Positions 33,643 to 45,590 of a stretch of DNA of 64,000 nt are shown here, in pieces (position 1 is the first letter of the stretch; the number at the start of each line of letters is the position of its first letter). Under the pieces are notes generated by a model, which ran no database searches, was not told the DNA's origin, and saw only the letters and a program-made list of their open reading frames with translations. The position numbers and the translations under genes are program-made. The stretch is from Flaccisagitta enflata (lineage: Eukaryota). The stretch lies in NCBI GenBank assembly GCA_965153355.1, contig OZ231126.1, positions 248,001 through 312,000 on the forward strand, in the 5' to 3' direction.

Positions 33643-33882
33643 CGATCATGATGATGACGATGATGATAATGATGATGATGATGATTATGATGATGATGAT
33701 GATGATGATGATGGAAATGATGTTGATATCGATACTGTAGTTGATGATGATGAACATCATGGTGACGAAGATGAAGAAAAAAAGGAAATGATGAAGATTG
33801 TGTCAAAAATGACGGTGAAGAAAAAGACGGATGAAGATGATGAAGATGGACAGAATAGAAGAGAAAAAAAAGGCCAACTAAC

Positions 33883-35073
33883 CTCGTGATCCCAATATGC
33901 AAAGTACGATTCACACTTTTTGTTGGTCTTTGGAACACCACGGCACTGCTCAGGCGTCAATTCGTCGTATTTGCCACCAGGAAGGAACTCTTTGAACTGA
34001 CGACGAGCGAAGATGGCCAGCGTCTGCATCATGAGGGCCATTGAGGAGACTGTTGGCCCATCAAGTTGTTCGTTGGCGTTGAGTAGCAGGCGAAGCCAGG
34101 AATCGCGTTTGATGTACGCTTCCGGAAAGGGCGAATTTCCCTCTAGGATGGGAGTAGGATCTGCCGCGTTCTCATCGAAGAACTTCAGCATGTCGCGGTA
34201 TGTCGTCTTCATGTCGGCCATGCAGATGTTCTTGTCTTCGAGTTGGTTCCAGAAGGGGACGAGGATCAGCCTGGAGAGAATACCGAAATTGCGAATTCCC
34301 ACGACAAATTGTGGCTGTCTATAGCCAAAAGCGACCGACCCAAGCAGGATATTGTTTCCTTCGCGTAGTTTGAGAAAATCGCCAATGACGTGACGAAGTC
34401 CGTAACAATAGACCGCGTTGCGACCAAGAATATTGAACCTCGATCCAAGGAATTTGGTAAACGGATTCTTCGTAGTCGAAAAATCGTCACGAAGGATAGA
34501 CTTGGCGTAAGTGATCCATTCACCGAAGCATCCGTTACGTTCATCGGCGCCGCTCGCTAGCGCCTTACAGGTCTCCTGAACCAAACGTGAGGCGCCAGAG
34601 TCGGCGGCCGGAAGTGGAAACTTTGGATTGAAGACGGGAATTTTGCCATCATCAAAATGATCCAACTCCCATTCTTTCGTGCTCTTCACAGCCGCCTCCG
34701 TTGCGTGAACAATGTCGTGAAGACCGCAGAAATATTCATCGACTTGCCGAACTGCCGCTACTTGAGGGCCGTTCAACTCCGCCGCCTCTTCGGCGCTGAT
34801 CAACTCTGGAACCACCTCGTTCTGGTAGTTTTCGAGCAGCGTCGTAAGTAGAGTTTCCGTTGCTGCCCCGTCTCTCATTCGCCTTGAGATTCCCTTCAGA
34901 ATTTCTTGCCCGCGTGGATTGGCGTTTTCATCCGCCGACTTCGAGACTTCCGACAGGTCCGACAAAATTTCTTTTAGAACGGTGAGGTTGTCAGCGGCGC
35001 TCTTTGAAGCCAACTCACGAAGCGCGAGGCACCAATCTCTTCCGTTTTCATCAACGGAGTTGAAGGCGCCCAT
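33883..35073 (-). CDS. Transposase exon 4 (second Asp, CxxH, Glu)
   Basis: 1191-nt phase 0-0 exon with motifs RMRDGAATE, YFCGLH, GSRFN and PKTNKKCESYF; donor GAG|GTTAGT. Confidence 0.85.
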
Positions 35074-35074
35074 C

Positions 35075-35134
<60 letters not shown>

Positions 35135-35269
35135 AATACCAATACATCATTTATGGCATTGTTTTCTTTCTTTTTTTTCTATTTCTTTCTTTTGTTTTCT
35201 TTTTTTTTTTCTTTTTTTCTGTTTCTTTCGTTTTTTTTGTTTTTTTTTCTTTTTTTTTGTTTTTTTTTT

Positions 35270-35303
<34 letters not shown>

Positions 35304-35439
35304 CTTTCTTTTTCTTTCCTTTTTTTTTCTTTTTTCTTTCTTTTTCTTTCTTTTTCTTTCTTTTTCTTTCTTTTTCTTTCTTTTTCTTTCTTTTTCTTTC
35401 TTTTTCTTTCTTTTTTTTCTTTCTCTTTCTCTTTCTTTT

Positions 35440-35511
<72 letters not shown>

Positions 35512-35605
35512 TTTTCCTTCTTTATTTCTTTTTCTCTCTTTCCTTCTTTCTTTGGCTTAAACTGTCAGTCTTATGGTTGTCTGTCTCTCTGTCTCTCTGT
35601 CTCTG

Positions 35606-35790
<185 letters not shown>

Positions 35791-35795
35791 ATAAC

Positions 35796-35858
35796 CTTAT
35801 GACCAAGTTTGGACGTCTCATCGGTGCAGAGTGTCAAATTCTTCGTCGGCATTTCCAC
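35796..35858 (-). CDS. Transposase exon 3 (first catalytic Asp)
   Basis: 63-nt phase 0-0 exon VEMPTKNLTLCTDETSKLGHK; a beta-strand-Asp motif typical of RNase H-fold transposases. Confidence 0.75.
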
Positions 35859-35998
35859 CTAATGGAGACATTATCTTTTCCATTATTTTTTTGATTTAAT
35901 AAATTTAAGTGTCGTAAGCTGCTTAGCCTAGTCCTTTTTGAGCACAAATTCCCTTGTCCACACGTGCCATTCTTGCAATTTTGTCCCTTTGACCTTAC

Positions 35999-36620
35999 CG
36001 CAACATGTTGTTGTCCGATGTCCAATCTTTCGACGCCCATGTTGCGAACGATCTTGGATGTCGGAAAATCGGACAGTTCTTTCCCGGCGAAAGCTAGGAC
36101 AGCGCGAAAGACATCCTCGACGCCTTTAAGGGGTGTGTTCGCATTGAGAACTTTGTAAACGGCATTGCGGAAGGCCGGGGTGTAATCGCCGCGCGAATCC
36201 CGAGTTTCGATGACGGCGCATTCGGCATCCTTCAGTTTTTCGATCTCCGCGTTTTTTTCCTCCATTTCCGCTTGAAGGTTGTCAAAATCTTGACGCATCT
36301 GGTCGAATTCTTCCCATAAAGCTTCATGATCCGCTCGCAATCGATCAACGTCTCCCATTTTGGCGATATGTTCGCGTAAATCTGCGGCGGTTTGTTGATG
36401 ATAACGTTTATCATTGTAAAACGACTTCTTCTCAGCTCGGACCGTTTCCAAAGTTTCCTTCTTTTTCGTCAACTCTTTCTCCGTCGCTTTGAGCTTCCGT
36501 TTGATACCACGCGCTTCGTTCATGAGTTCCTCGTTCTCATGAAGCTCTTCGGCCAAGCTAACGTTAGCATCATGAAGTCCGTCGATGTCATCCAGACGGC
36601 GAAGTTCTTTCGGTCTACCT
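35999..36620 (-). CDS. Transposase exon 2 (coiled coil)
   Basis: Acceptor tcatctag|; donor GCG|GTAAG; long heptad-rich region followed by YTPAFRNAVYKVL..FPTSKIVRNM. Confidence 0.78.
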
Positions 36621-37389
36621 CTAGATGAAAGATTTTTACCAAATCCTTATAAGCTTTACATACGTCGAGGTGCAATCGAAGACAAAATTTGATCAGTCAA
36701 CACATTTTTTTGCAATATCCTATATATTGTTATTTTGCATATTTCATCAATAAAAAATGATAGTTAGTTTATGTTTAAACTATTTTTGCATTAAAACCAT
36801 TTTTGTGTCTAATGTAATTATGAATTGTCAGGACAAAGGACAGAAAAAAAGGAGTTTTTAAGCAAAATCTCTTTTTATAATCAGACATGTCTTGGGTAAA
36901 ATTATAACTTTGCATAGAGATTTTAAAATTATCATTTTCAAAAACATGGCGTTTTTCTAAAGACTCAAAAGATGACGGCCATGTGTTTAGAAATGCAAAA
37001 TTTTGCATTCAAAAGCAGAATTATGATTTTACCCAACAACTTCCTGAATTTTTCCTCTTATTTTTAAGAGAAATTCTCATGTTTTATTGAATAACTTTGG
37101 TCTTTATGAATATACAATAGAACAGTTTTATATTGTGATCATATTTTTATATTCTTAAAACAATCAGGAGTATGAATTTTTTTATTACAAAACTTATCAC
37201 GTATTAGGATAAGTATATATATCAGGTTGATATAATTGAAAATCAAATTTTGTCTTCGTTTGCACCCCGACATATGCATCTAAGATGTCTGGAATCTGAC
37301 GCCAGACTGATTGCCTGACATAACGTATATCTTGTGCATGCAAATATGAGTAATAGGCAATTGGTTTATTGTTGTCGTTGTCATTGCGG

Positions 37390-37463
<74 letters not shown>

Positions 37464-37801
37464 GATTTCCGCATCGTCCTTGCTGTTGCCGTTGTTATCA
37501 TGGTTGCTGCTGTTTTATTTTTGTTGTCATAATCATTGTCGTTGCTGTCATTGTCGAAAATAAACATGGCCAAGTAGGCCAATTGGTGCGATGTGTGGAT
37601 CATCGAATGAATGCGTTACCGACCAACCAACCGACCGACCGACCAACTGACCGACCAACGGACACAGCCAGTTATAGAGGTGCTTTGTCGCACCTAAAAA
37701 GAGGGAAATCAAGAAATACAACCACAGTTAAAGAGTTCAATGGTCGAACAAAAATAACGGAATTCTAGCAGAAGAATTATGATTTTGTCAAAGCTTAAGA
37801 C

Positions 37802-38040
37802 CTATCTGTGTTGTTCTTTGCTGGGAAGGGGAAAGGCTGATCAAGAAACTTGATGTAGTTATCGGCTCCTTTGGCTCCATTTCTGCGGTGACGTTTCTCT
37901 TCGGCCTGTAAACGCGTCACGACATTCCTTAAAGAGCCGGAATTGGTATTCTGACATTCAGCGAGATCAGCTAAATAAACGACGGCTTCCGCTAACCCAA
38001 CGGATTGCGCCTTTTCAAGGATTTCTTTGACGCTGATCAT
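37802..38040 (-). CDS. Transposase exon 1
   Basis: ATG at 38040; MISVKEILEK..FLDQPFPFPAKNNTD; donor AG|GT (phase 2) joins the next exon to form RGRPK, an AT-hook-like motif. Confidence 0.65.
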
Positions 38041-39023
38041 TGTGACGTGTTAAACTACGCTGTCACCAAAATCTATAACTCAATTCTAGATAACCCTTTC
38101 TAATTTGCATATTGTCGTGGTTTCCTTACTCACTAATTATTCTGCGACGTCACAATTTGATAATATTTGTATGGATAGACATTTTACGGGATTTTACTGC
38201 GTCTGGCTAATGCGATCTTAACGTTTCATCAGGTCATTGGACCTCTATAAAACAGTTTTATCGACTGATTGCTACATATCACAGAAAAAATAAATTTCAC
38301 CGCCAGTTTCATGTTCTCCATGAAAAGAGGATTCGAATGGTATGCTGCACTATATACTTTCTTGATTTTTTCCATTACAAAATCGCAGAATGAAAAAAAT
38401 ACTCTTCTGAATGCTGTTTGATGCAACCATAATTTCGTGCCGCCGAATTTGCCACCACCAGAAGGATTTTTTTCCGATTAAATTTTTTTAACTTATGCGA
38501 GGCTGGCGGCGTCGATCGGGTGAGCCGATTTGGACGCGGCCAACGGCGTTCGATCACAAATTTTACAAAGTTTTTTCTATAAAAAGTTATAAATCATAAC
38601 GCCATATTAAGAGGCGTTTTCATTTGTTAGTAATTAATTAAATATGATGAAATTGGTATAGCTGATATATACTGTTTGAACACCGCTATTTCAGGTTAGT
38701 TATTGGCCTCTCTGTGATCTATATGAATAGATAGTAATTTATGTAGGATAATTTGATCATATATATGACATAAACCAATTATTTCATGTTCCATATACAT
38801 AAAGAAATACAAAACTAAGCAATTTTTGACAAAAAATAAATTTGACGTCGTCGGTTTCACTCTCCCTCGCTAACCATGACTACGTCACTCATAATATGGG
38901 AGACCGTTTGTTCACCAACAAGACAAGGAGAAGGTTTGGTAGAGGGAGCTTTGGTTATCTGCAAACAGTTTCTGTTGTTTATGTTGTTGTTTATGTTGTT
39001 GTTGTTGTTGTTGTTGTTGTTAG

Positions 39024-39112
<89 letters not shown>

Positions 39113-39113
39113 T

Positions 39114-39196
<83 letters not shown>

Positions 39197-39317
39197 GCTG
39201 TTTTTGTTGTTGTTGATGTCCTCTGCTTGACCCATTGGTTCCTTTTCCTCTTCATCCTCTTCATCGTCATCCTCTTAATCGTCTCCCTCTTCTCTCCTCC
39301 TCCTCCTCCTCCTCCAG

Positions 39318-39494
39318 ATGGTGTCCAAACATCGCGACAAGGACTCTGTGGCTTCCGTTGACGAAGTTGACTACTTCAAAGTTCCTTCATCATCTTCGGC
39401 TTCCGTCGGCAGCATGGAACGACGAGATGACGAAGTGACACCCTCGGAAACGGAGACAGACTCAAGCGCAGTACATAACAGCAACAACAGTAAG
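39318..39494 (+). CDS. Orphan membrane protein, exon 4
   Basis: (cct)n-ccag| acceptor; donor AAG|GTAAG; 177 nt, phase 0-0. Confidence 0.62.
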
Positions 39495-39949
39495 GTAAGC
39501 AAACAATCTCAACACGAAGGTGAGTGAATTTGAGGATGAATTAACGCCCTCAGACTCAGAGTCAGACTCAGGCGCAGTCAATGACAGCAACAACAGCAAA
39601 GTGAGTGAATATGAAAGTGAGTGAATATGAAGATGCGGTGGAGCAGAGCATAGTCCCTTTACCAACCCTTAGCCCTGATCTTACCCTGGCCTAACTCCTA
39701 ACCCCATCACTAACTTCGTCCATGAACCTAACCCCACCATTAGCCCTCTCATCACCCACTTTATAGCACTTAGAAACAATGGGCATCGATTGTGACCCAT
39801 AAAGTAACCAAAGACATGTTTTAAGAGACATACAGTAGATCTCGTCTAGACTTGAGATAACGGGGGCAAGCATTGTGGAAAAACGAATGAAGGCAGGGGA
39901 GTGATATTTGGATCATAGACATATTTTTGATTTGTTTTCCAATTGTCAG

Positions 39950-40549
39950 TGTGACGACGGCGGAGGCGATTCCTGCGACACGGCCAGCAGCAAAAGAATC
40001 GCCAGAAGCAAGTGGAAGAAACGCAAAAGCGCCGGACAAAGAACCAACGACGCAAATGGCGCCAACCGGAAATCCACTTCCGGTTTACATGGCGCCAACC
40101 GGAAGTCAAATGGCGCTAATCGGAAGATGGCGCCGAATGAGGGCGCCAATCAAGGGTCAGCATTATCAAAAAATGGCGCATGTGGAAAGACGGTAGAAGA
40201 ACAGGAAAATTCTGCAAAAGATCTACTCTCAGAAAAGAAGAGGAAGGGTTATGTGGCGCATGTTGACGAGGAGGTGAAGGAGGAGAATGAACAAAGCCGA
40301 GAGGATAAAAAGGAAGAGGAAGAAGAAGAAGAAGAAGAAAAAGAAGAAGCTAGGAGAAGAGACACGAAAAAAGTGAAAGAAGAGAGGAATAAGAGAGACT
40401 TGGAATGTGTCGTCGATGAAATAGAGACGGAAAGAGGAAAAAAGACTGAAAACAAGGACAAGGACAAGGATAAGGGCAAGAACAAGGACATGAACAAGGA
40501 CATGGACAAGGACAAAGACAATACCATTTATCAAGTTTCTAGCTTTTAG
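39950..40549 (+). CDS. Orphan membrane protein, terminal exon (charged disordered tail ending QVSSF)
   Basis: Acceptor ttgtcag| (phase 0); 199 sense codons with GANRK repeats and E/K/D-rich tracts; stop TAG. Confidence 0.62.
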   Translation, partial: CDDGGGDSCDTASSKRIARSKWKKRKSAGQRTNDANGANRKSTSGLHGANRKSNGANRKMAPNEGANQGSALSKNGACGKTVEEQENSAKDLLSEKKRKGYVAHVDEEVKEENEQSREDKKEEEEEEEEEKEEARRRDTKKVKEERNKRDLECVVDEIETERGKKTENKDKDKDKGKNKDMNKDMDKDKDNTIYQVSSF

Positions 40550-40681
40550 TAAAAAAAACCTAACACAAAAAAGGGAGGTGCTCACGTTTCAATATGGATC
40601 CTGGAGGATATATTTTCTGAGCATTATTTATTTTTTTTTTTTTACAAGAAAAGCGGTCGGTTTTTCTTTGTTTCTCATATA

Positions 40682-40855
40682 CAGTGGAGCAACGCTAGAG
40701 CGCGCCCGCTAATATAGCAAGCCCGCCTTTTAGGCATGTAACCACCTGTCACATAAGAGATTTTGTAATTAATCCTATATTGGCAATAAGGCAGCTTCAG
40801 TAAAGCGCATAAATTTGGTCAGTCCTTTGAAATGCGCTCTGGTGAAGCTCAACTG
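40682..40855. mobile_element. Small Tigger/pogo-like MITE
   Basis: TA-CAGTGGAGC..GCTCAACTG-TA imperfect TIRs. Confidence 0.6.
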
Positions 40856-40929
40856 TATGTTTTTTTTTTCAAATTTCTGCGAAAATATGCAATGACAAAA
40901 AATTGATATCATGAAAGATTTGATAGTTA

Positions 40930-41547
40930 CAGTACCTTCCGAGCAAACCCGGCTAAAACTTGAGGATTATTTTTTGTTATTTTAATTTCATTTTTCAAAC
41001 TTTATTTTTTGTATTCGATTTAATTAAAAGATACTTAATTCCTTGAACATATTTGGCTGTCAAAAAAAATAACTCGTGAAATCAAAGTGTATGAAGACAT
41101 CAATATGGGATGTTCTAACCCAGACCATTGGATTTAGCAGAAAATCTTACCTATCGTAGAGTACAAGAACAGCTCACTCAGACAATTATTTCAAGTTTTA
41201 TGGTCATTTAAAGTTCTTAAGGACAATTGTCCTAAGTAATTTTGAGACAATTGTCCTTAAAAATTTAAAATAGTTGTAAAACCTGAACTAATTGTCTGAT
41301 TGAGCTGTTTTTGTAGTCTAGGATAGGTAAAATTTTCTGCTGAATCCAATGGTCTGGGTTAGAACACTCCATATTGATGTCTTCATGCACTTTGATTTCA
41401 TGACTTATTTTTTTTGACAGCCAAATATGTTCAAGGAATTAAGTATCTTTTAATTAAATTTGATACAAAAAATAAAGTTTGGGAAATGAAATTAAACTAA
41501 CAAAAATTAATCCTCCAGTTTTAGACAGGTTTGCGCGGAAGGTACTG
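40930..41547. mobile_element. Fold-back MITE (near-complete palindrome, ~300-bp arms)
   Basis: CAGTACCTTCCG.. / ..CGGAAGGTACTG; arms complementary nearly to the centre (~41240); TA TSD. Confidence 0.88.
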
Positions 41548-41749
41548 TATATGGGACTCATGGTGCCACTTTGGTGACCCCGGTAAATGGGACATTGAAG
41601 AGTGCGATATTGATATATTTTACTAGTTATTTGTTAATCATCAGACATCACGGTATTGTTGATTGACTTAAAACATGAATTTGATTTTAGCGTTGTCGCT
41701 TCATCATGTTAATGACGAGTGATTATTAGACTGTAATTGTACCATTGTC

Positions 41750-42295
41750 ACATAAGCATGCTATTGTTGAAAGACCCTAAAAAGATATCAATCATAACAT
41801 TGTCATAATGCTGTTACTGAATGACTGTAAATGGCGATCGTTGTAGCCTTTTCAAATCATCATGCTATTGCTGAATGACTTCAAATGGCGATCATTGTAG
41901 CCTCGTCAAATCATCATGCTATTGTTAAACGACTTCAGAAAACTATCATGGTAGCTTTATCACATTATCATGCTATTGCTAAATGACATCAAAAGACTAT
42001 CATGGTAGCTCCTTCACATCATCATGCTATTGCTGAATGACTTCAAATGGCGATCATTGTAGCCTCATCAAATCATCATGCTATTGTAAAACGACTTCAG
42101 AAAACTATCATGGTAGCTTTATCACATTATCATGCTATTGCTAAATGACATCAAAAGACTATCATGGTAGCTCCTTCACATCATCATGCTATTGCTGAAT
42201 GACTTCAAATGGCGATCATTGTAGCCTTATCAAATCATCATGCTATTGTTAAATAACTACAAATGACTATCATGGTAGCTTTATCACATCATCAT
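41750..42295. repeat. 54-bp minisatellite with 162-bp (3x54) higher-order periodicity
   Basis: CATGCTATTGCTGAATGACTTC recurs at 41861, 42023 and 42185, with two variant units in between. Confidence 0.85.
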
Positions 42296-42999
42296 GGTTT
42301 TGTAAAATGATTCATATTGATTTTGATTGTCGACGCTCGCGAGTCATTCATGACAGAGACAGTGACAGTGACAGTGACGGTGATGATGACAGTGACCGTG
42401 ACAGAGACAGTGACAGTGACAGAGACAATGACAGTGACAGTGACAGAGACAGTGACAGTGACAGTGACAGTGACAATGACAGTGACAATTACAATGACAG
42501 TGACAGAGACAGTGACTGCGACTGTGACATTGACATTGACAGTGACAGTGACAGCGACTGTGACAGTGACAGTCACTGTGACAGTGACAATTAACAGAGA
42601 GAGTGACTGTGACTATGTCAGTGACGGTAACAGTGTCAAAATTTCATTGTATTGCCATCGAAATCATTGCGTCAAAACTAGGGATGCGGGAGCGGTCGAT
42701 TTTCATGCCGCCTCCCCGCTTCCGCCTCCATTTTGTAGTTCAAATATGAGAAGCCATCCCGCCAATACAATTTGGTAGCAATCAACCGCTTCCTCAACCC
42801 TAGTCAAAACATATCTCATTACCAACTATTGCATGATTAGTCCATGATTCTCTGGGTCTTACTTTACTTTACCCTACTTTCCTAGATTGACACCAAATCT
42901 ATGTCCATTGGAATTTGATATATTTTTCTAATGTTTTGCCACTGAGATAATCAACTTGAACTTCCATTTGTCAGTAGAAATAAAGTATAATCATTTTGT

Positions 43000-44853
43000 T
43001 CTTAGTCCTGTAGAACACAGGGGGACTTTCGTTCATCCGTTTTTTCGTTTGTCCCGCTTTCTTAGGTCTAAAATCTGACCTTTCAGGCCTGAAATCTACC
43101 CTCTCAGGCCTGAAACAGGTCGCCCAAGGGCAATATGTGGTCAGCGATACCCTTTGCCCTTCTTTGAGTGATTGTGAGTTGGAGTGAGGGGAAGCAGGGC
43201 AGCGGCCCCAAAGGGGACGAAGTCCTGTAGAACACAGGGGGACTTTCGTTTGTCCTGCCGAACATGGATGAGATGCTTCAAGAGCTTAAATTGAGGTCTA
43301 AGAAGGCTGATGTAAGGCCTGAGAATGCCAATTGGAAGCTTGAGAGGACTAACTTGAGGCCTAATTTGAGGCATGAGAGGACAGGTTTGAGGCATGGGAA
43401 TTTCGATTTGAGGCCTGCAAGGCCTAATTTGAGGTCTGAAAGGCCAGGTTTGAGGCCTGAGAGGTCGGATTTGAGGCCTGAGAGGCCGGATTTTGAGGCC
43501 TTAGAGGCTGGATTTGAGGCCAGAGTGGCTGGATTTGAGGCCAGAGTGGCTGGATTTGAGGCCTGAGAGGCTGGATTTGAGGCCTGAGAGGCTGGATTTG
43601 AGGCCTGAGAGGCCAGATTTTAGGCCTGAGAGGCCAGATTTTAAACTGAGGGGCCTGATAAGGGGGGGGGACGAACGAACGAAGAACAAACTAACTAACG
43701 AACAAATAACAGGTCGCCCAAGGGCAATACATGGTCAGCGATACCCTTTGCCCTGCTTTGAGTGATTGTGAGTTGGAGTGAGGGGAAGCAGGGCAGCGGC
43801 CCCAAAGGGGACGAAGTTCTGTAGAACACAGGAGGACTTTTGTTTGTCCTGCCTTACGTGGATGATATGCTACATAGAGGGTTGACTGAAGGCCTTCACG
43901 AGCTTAAATTGAGGTCTAAGAAAACTGTAATAAGGCCTGAGAATGCCAATTGGAAGCTTGAGAGGACTAACTTAAGACCTAATTTGAGGCATGAGAGGAC
44001 AGGTTTGAGGCATGGGAATTTCGATTTAACGCCTGCAAGGCCTAATTTAAGGTCCAAAAGGCCAGGTTTGAGGCCTGAGAGGTCGGATTTGGGGCCTGAG
44101 AGGCCGGATTTGAAGCCTGAGAGGCTGAATTTTAGGCCTGAGAGGCCGGATTTGAGGCCTGAGAGGCTGGATTTGAGGCCAGAGAGGCTAGATTTGAGGC
44201 CAGAGAGGCTGGATTTGAGGCCTCAGAGGCTGGATTTGAGGCCTGAGAGGCTGGATTAGAGGCCTGAGAGGCTGGATTTGTGGCCTGAGAGGCTGGATTG
44301 AGGCCTGAGAGGCCAGATTTTAGGCCTGAGGGGGGGACGAACGAACGAACGAACTAACTAACAAACGAACGAAGTCCCCCTATGTTCTACAGGACTTCGT
44401 CCCCATTGGGGCCGCTGCCCAAAAGTCCCCCTGTGTTCCAAAGGACTTCGTCCCCATTGGGGCCGCTGCCCAAAAAGCCCTCTCAGGCCTGAAATTTATC
44501 CTCTCAGGCCTTAAATCTGCCCTCTCAGACCTGTAATCTACACTCTCAGGCCTGAAGTCTGCCCTCTCAGGCCTAAAATATGCCCTCTCAAGCCTTGAAT
44601 ATGCCCTCTCAGGCCTGAAATCTGCCCTCCCAGGCCTGAAATCTGCCCTCACAGATTCAAGGCCTGAGAGGGCAGATTTCAAGCCTGAAGAGGTCTGGGG
44701 GGACAGAGAGATGGATGAACAAAAGTCCCTCTGTGTTCCACAAGACTTCGTCCCCTTCGGGGCCGCTGCCTTGCTTCCTCTCACTCCAATTAACAATCAT
44801 GCAAAGCAGGGCAACGGTTATCGCTGACCACATATTGCCCTTGGGCGACCTGA
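43000..44853. mobile_element. Cluster of nested/tandem HINE-like family B copies
   Basis: Family 5' ends at ~43114 and ~43708 (+) and ~44853 (-); arrays of GGCCTGAGAGGCTGGATTTGA. Confidence 0.78.
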
Positions 44854-45143
44854 TTAAAGATTTTTCTGGGTGATTGTCTTGTCAGCTTGAGAATTGGAGC
44901 CTGGAGATTTTTAGTCGCGGACACGTGACTTAATAAGTCACTTTTCCGTCGGTCCGTTGGTTGGTTGGTTGGTCGGATGGTCGGTCGGTCTGTCTTCCAT
45001 CCGTCACAAAGTTTTTTTTTTGAGGTTTTCTGCTCCTGCCCACCCGTTCCCAACTAATGCTGCTGTGTATATGGCCTTGTTTAATCTAGTTAGGGTATGT
45101 TCCTCTTCTCCCATTCTGTTGTGTAGAAATTCCTATCATCATA

Positions 45144-45590
45144 CAGTAGATCTCGTCTTGGTTGAGATAACGGGGGCAAGCATTGTGGAAAGATGAAATG
45201 AAATCATGGAAGTAATATTTATATTATAGACTTATCAAACTTTTGTACAATATGTTCATAAGAAAATTGCTTGTTTAGCATTTGCTAGGCTGCATCACAG
45301 GTTTGTCACATATGGATATACTCCATAACAGTGGCCCAATGAGTGATATTCTTACAGATCATATTGTGGGAAAGTTACAGCAAAATTTTTTCAAACAATG
45401 CGCCCTAAAAAAATCTTTCAAAATTTGAATATTTAAGCGAGAATATATAGAAATGATTACTATAGTAACAATCATCATGAACACTAAATCATTTATCTTT
45501 TAGTTTATATTCCAAATATAAGTCCCCTGGCTTTATAACTCTTCCCATTATACTTGCCCCTGTCATCTCAAGTCTAGACGAAATCTACTG
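45144..45590. mobile_element. Tc1/pogo-type MITE (a left-end fragment also lies at ~39833-39920)
   Basis: TIRs CAGTAGATCTCGTCT..GAGATAACGGGGGCAAG / CTTGCCCCTGTCATCTCAAGTCTAGACGAAATCTACTG; TA TSD. Confidence 0.8.

Noticed and set aside
33757-35073. Reading the 438-aa ORF as a stand-alone or domesticated host gene
   Set aside because: Its ATG directly follows a splice acceptor, the first catalytic Asp lies in the preceding exon, and TIRs still flank the gene.
41750-42295. Repeat-spacer-like pattern around CATCATGCTATTG
   Set aside because: The apparent spacers are homologous to one another and recur periodically, so this is a minisatellite.
43141-44796. ORFs with (RPERLDL)n repeats resembling a repeat protein
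   Set aside because: Translation of the 21-bp internal tandem unit of the HINE-B family, seen in many copies and both orientations.
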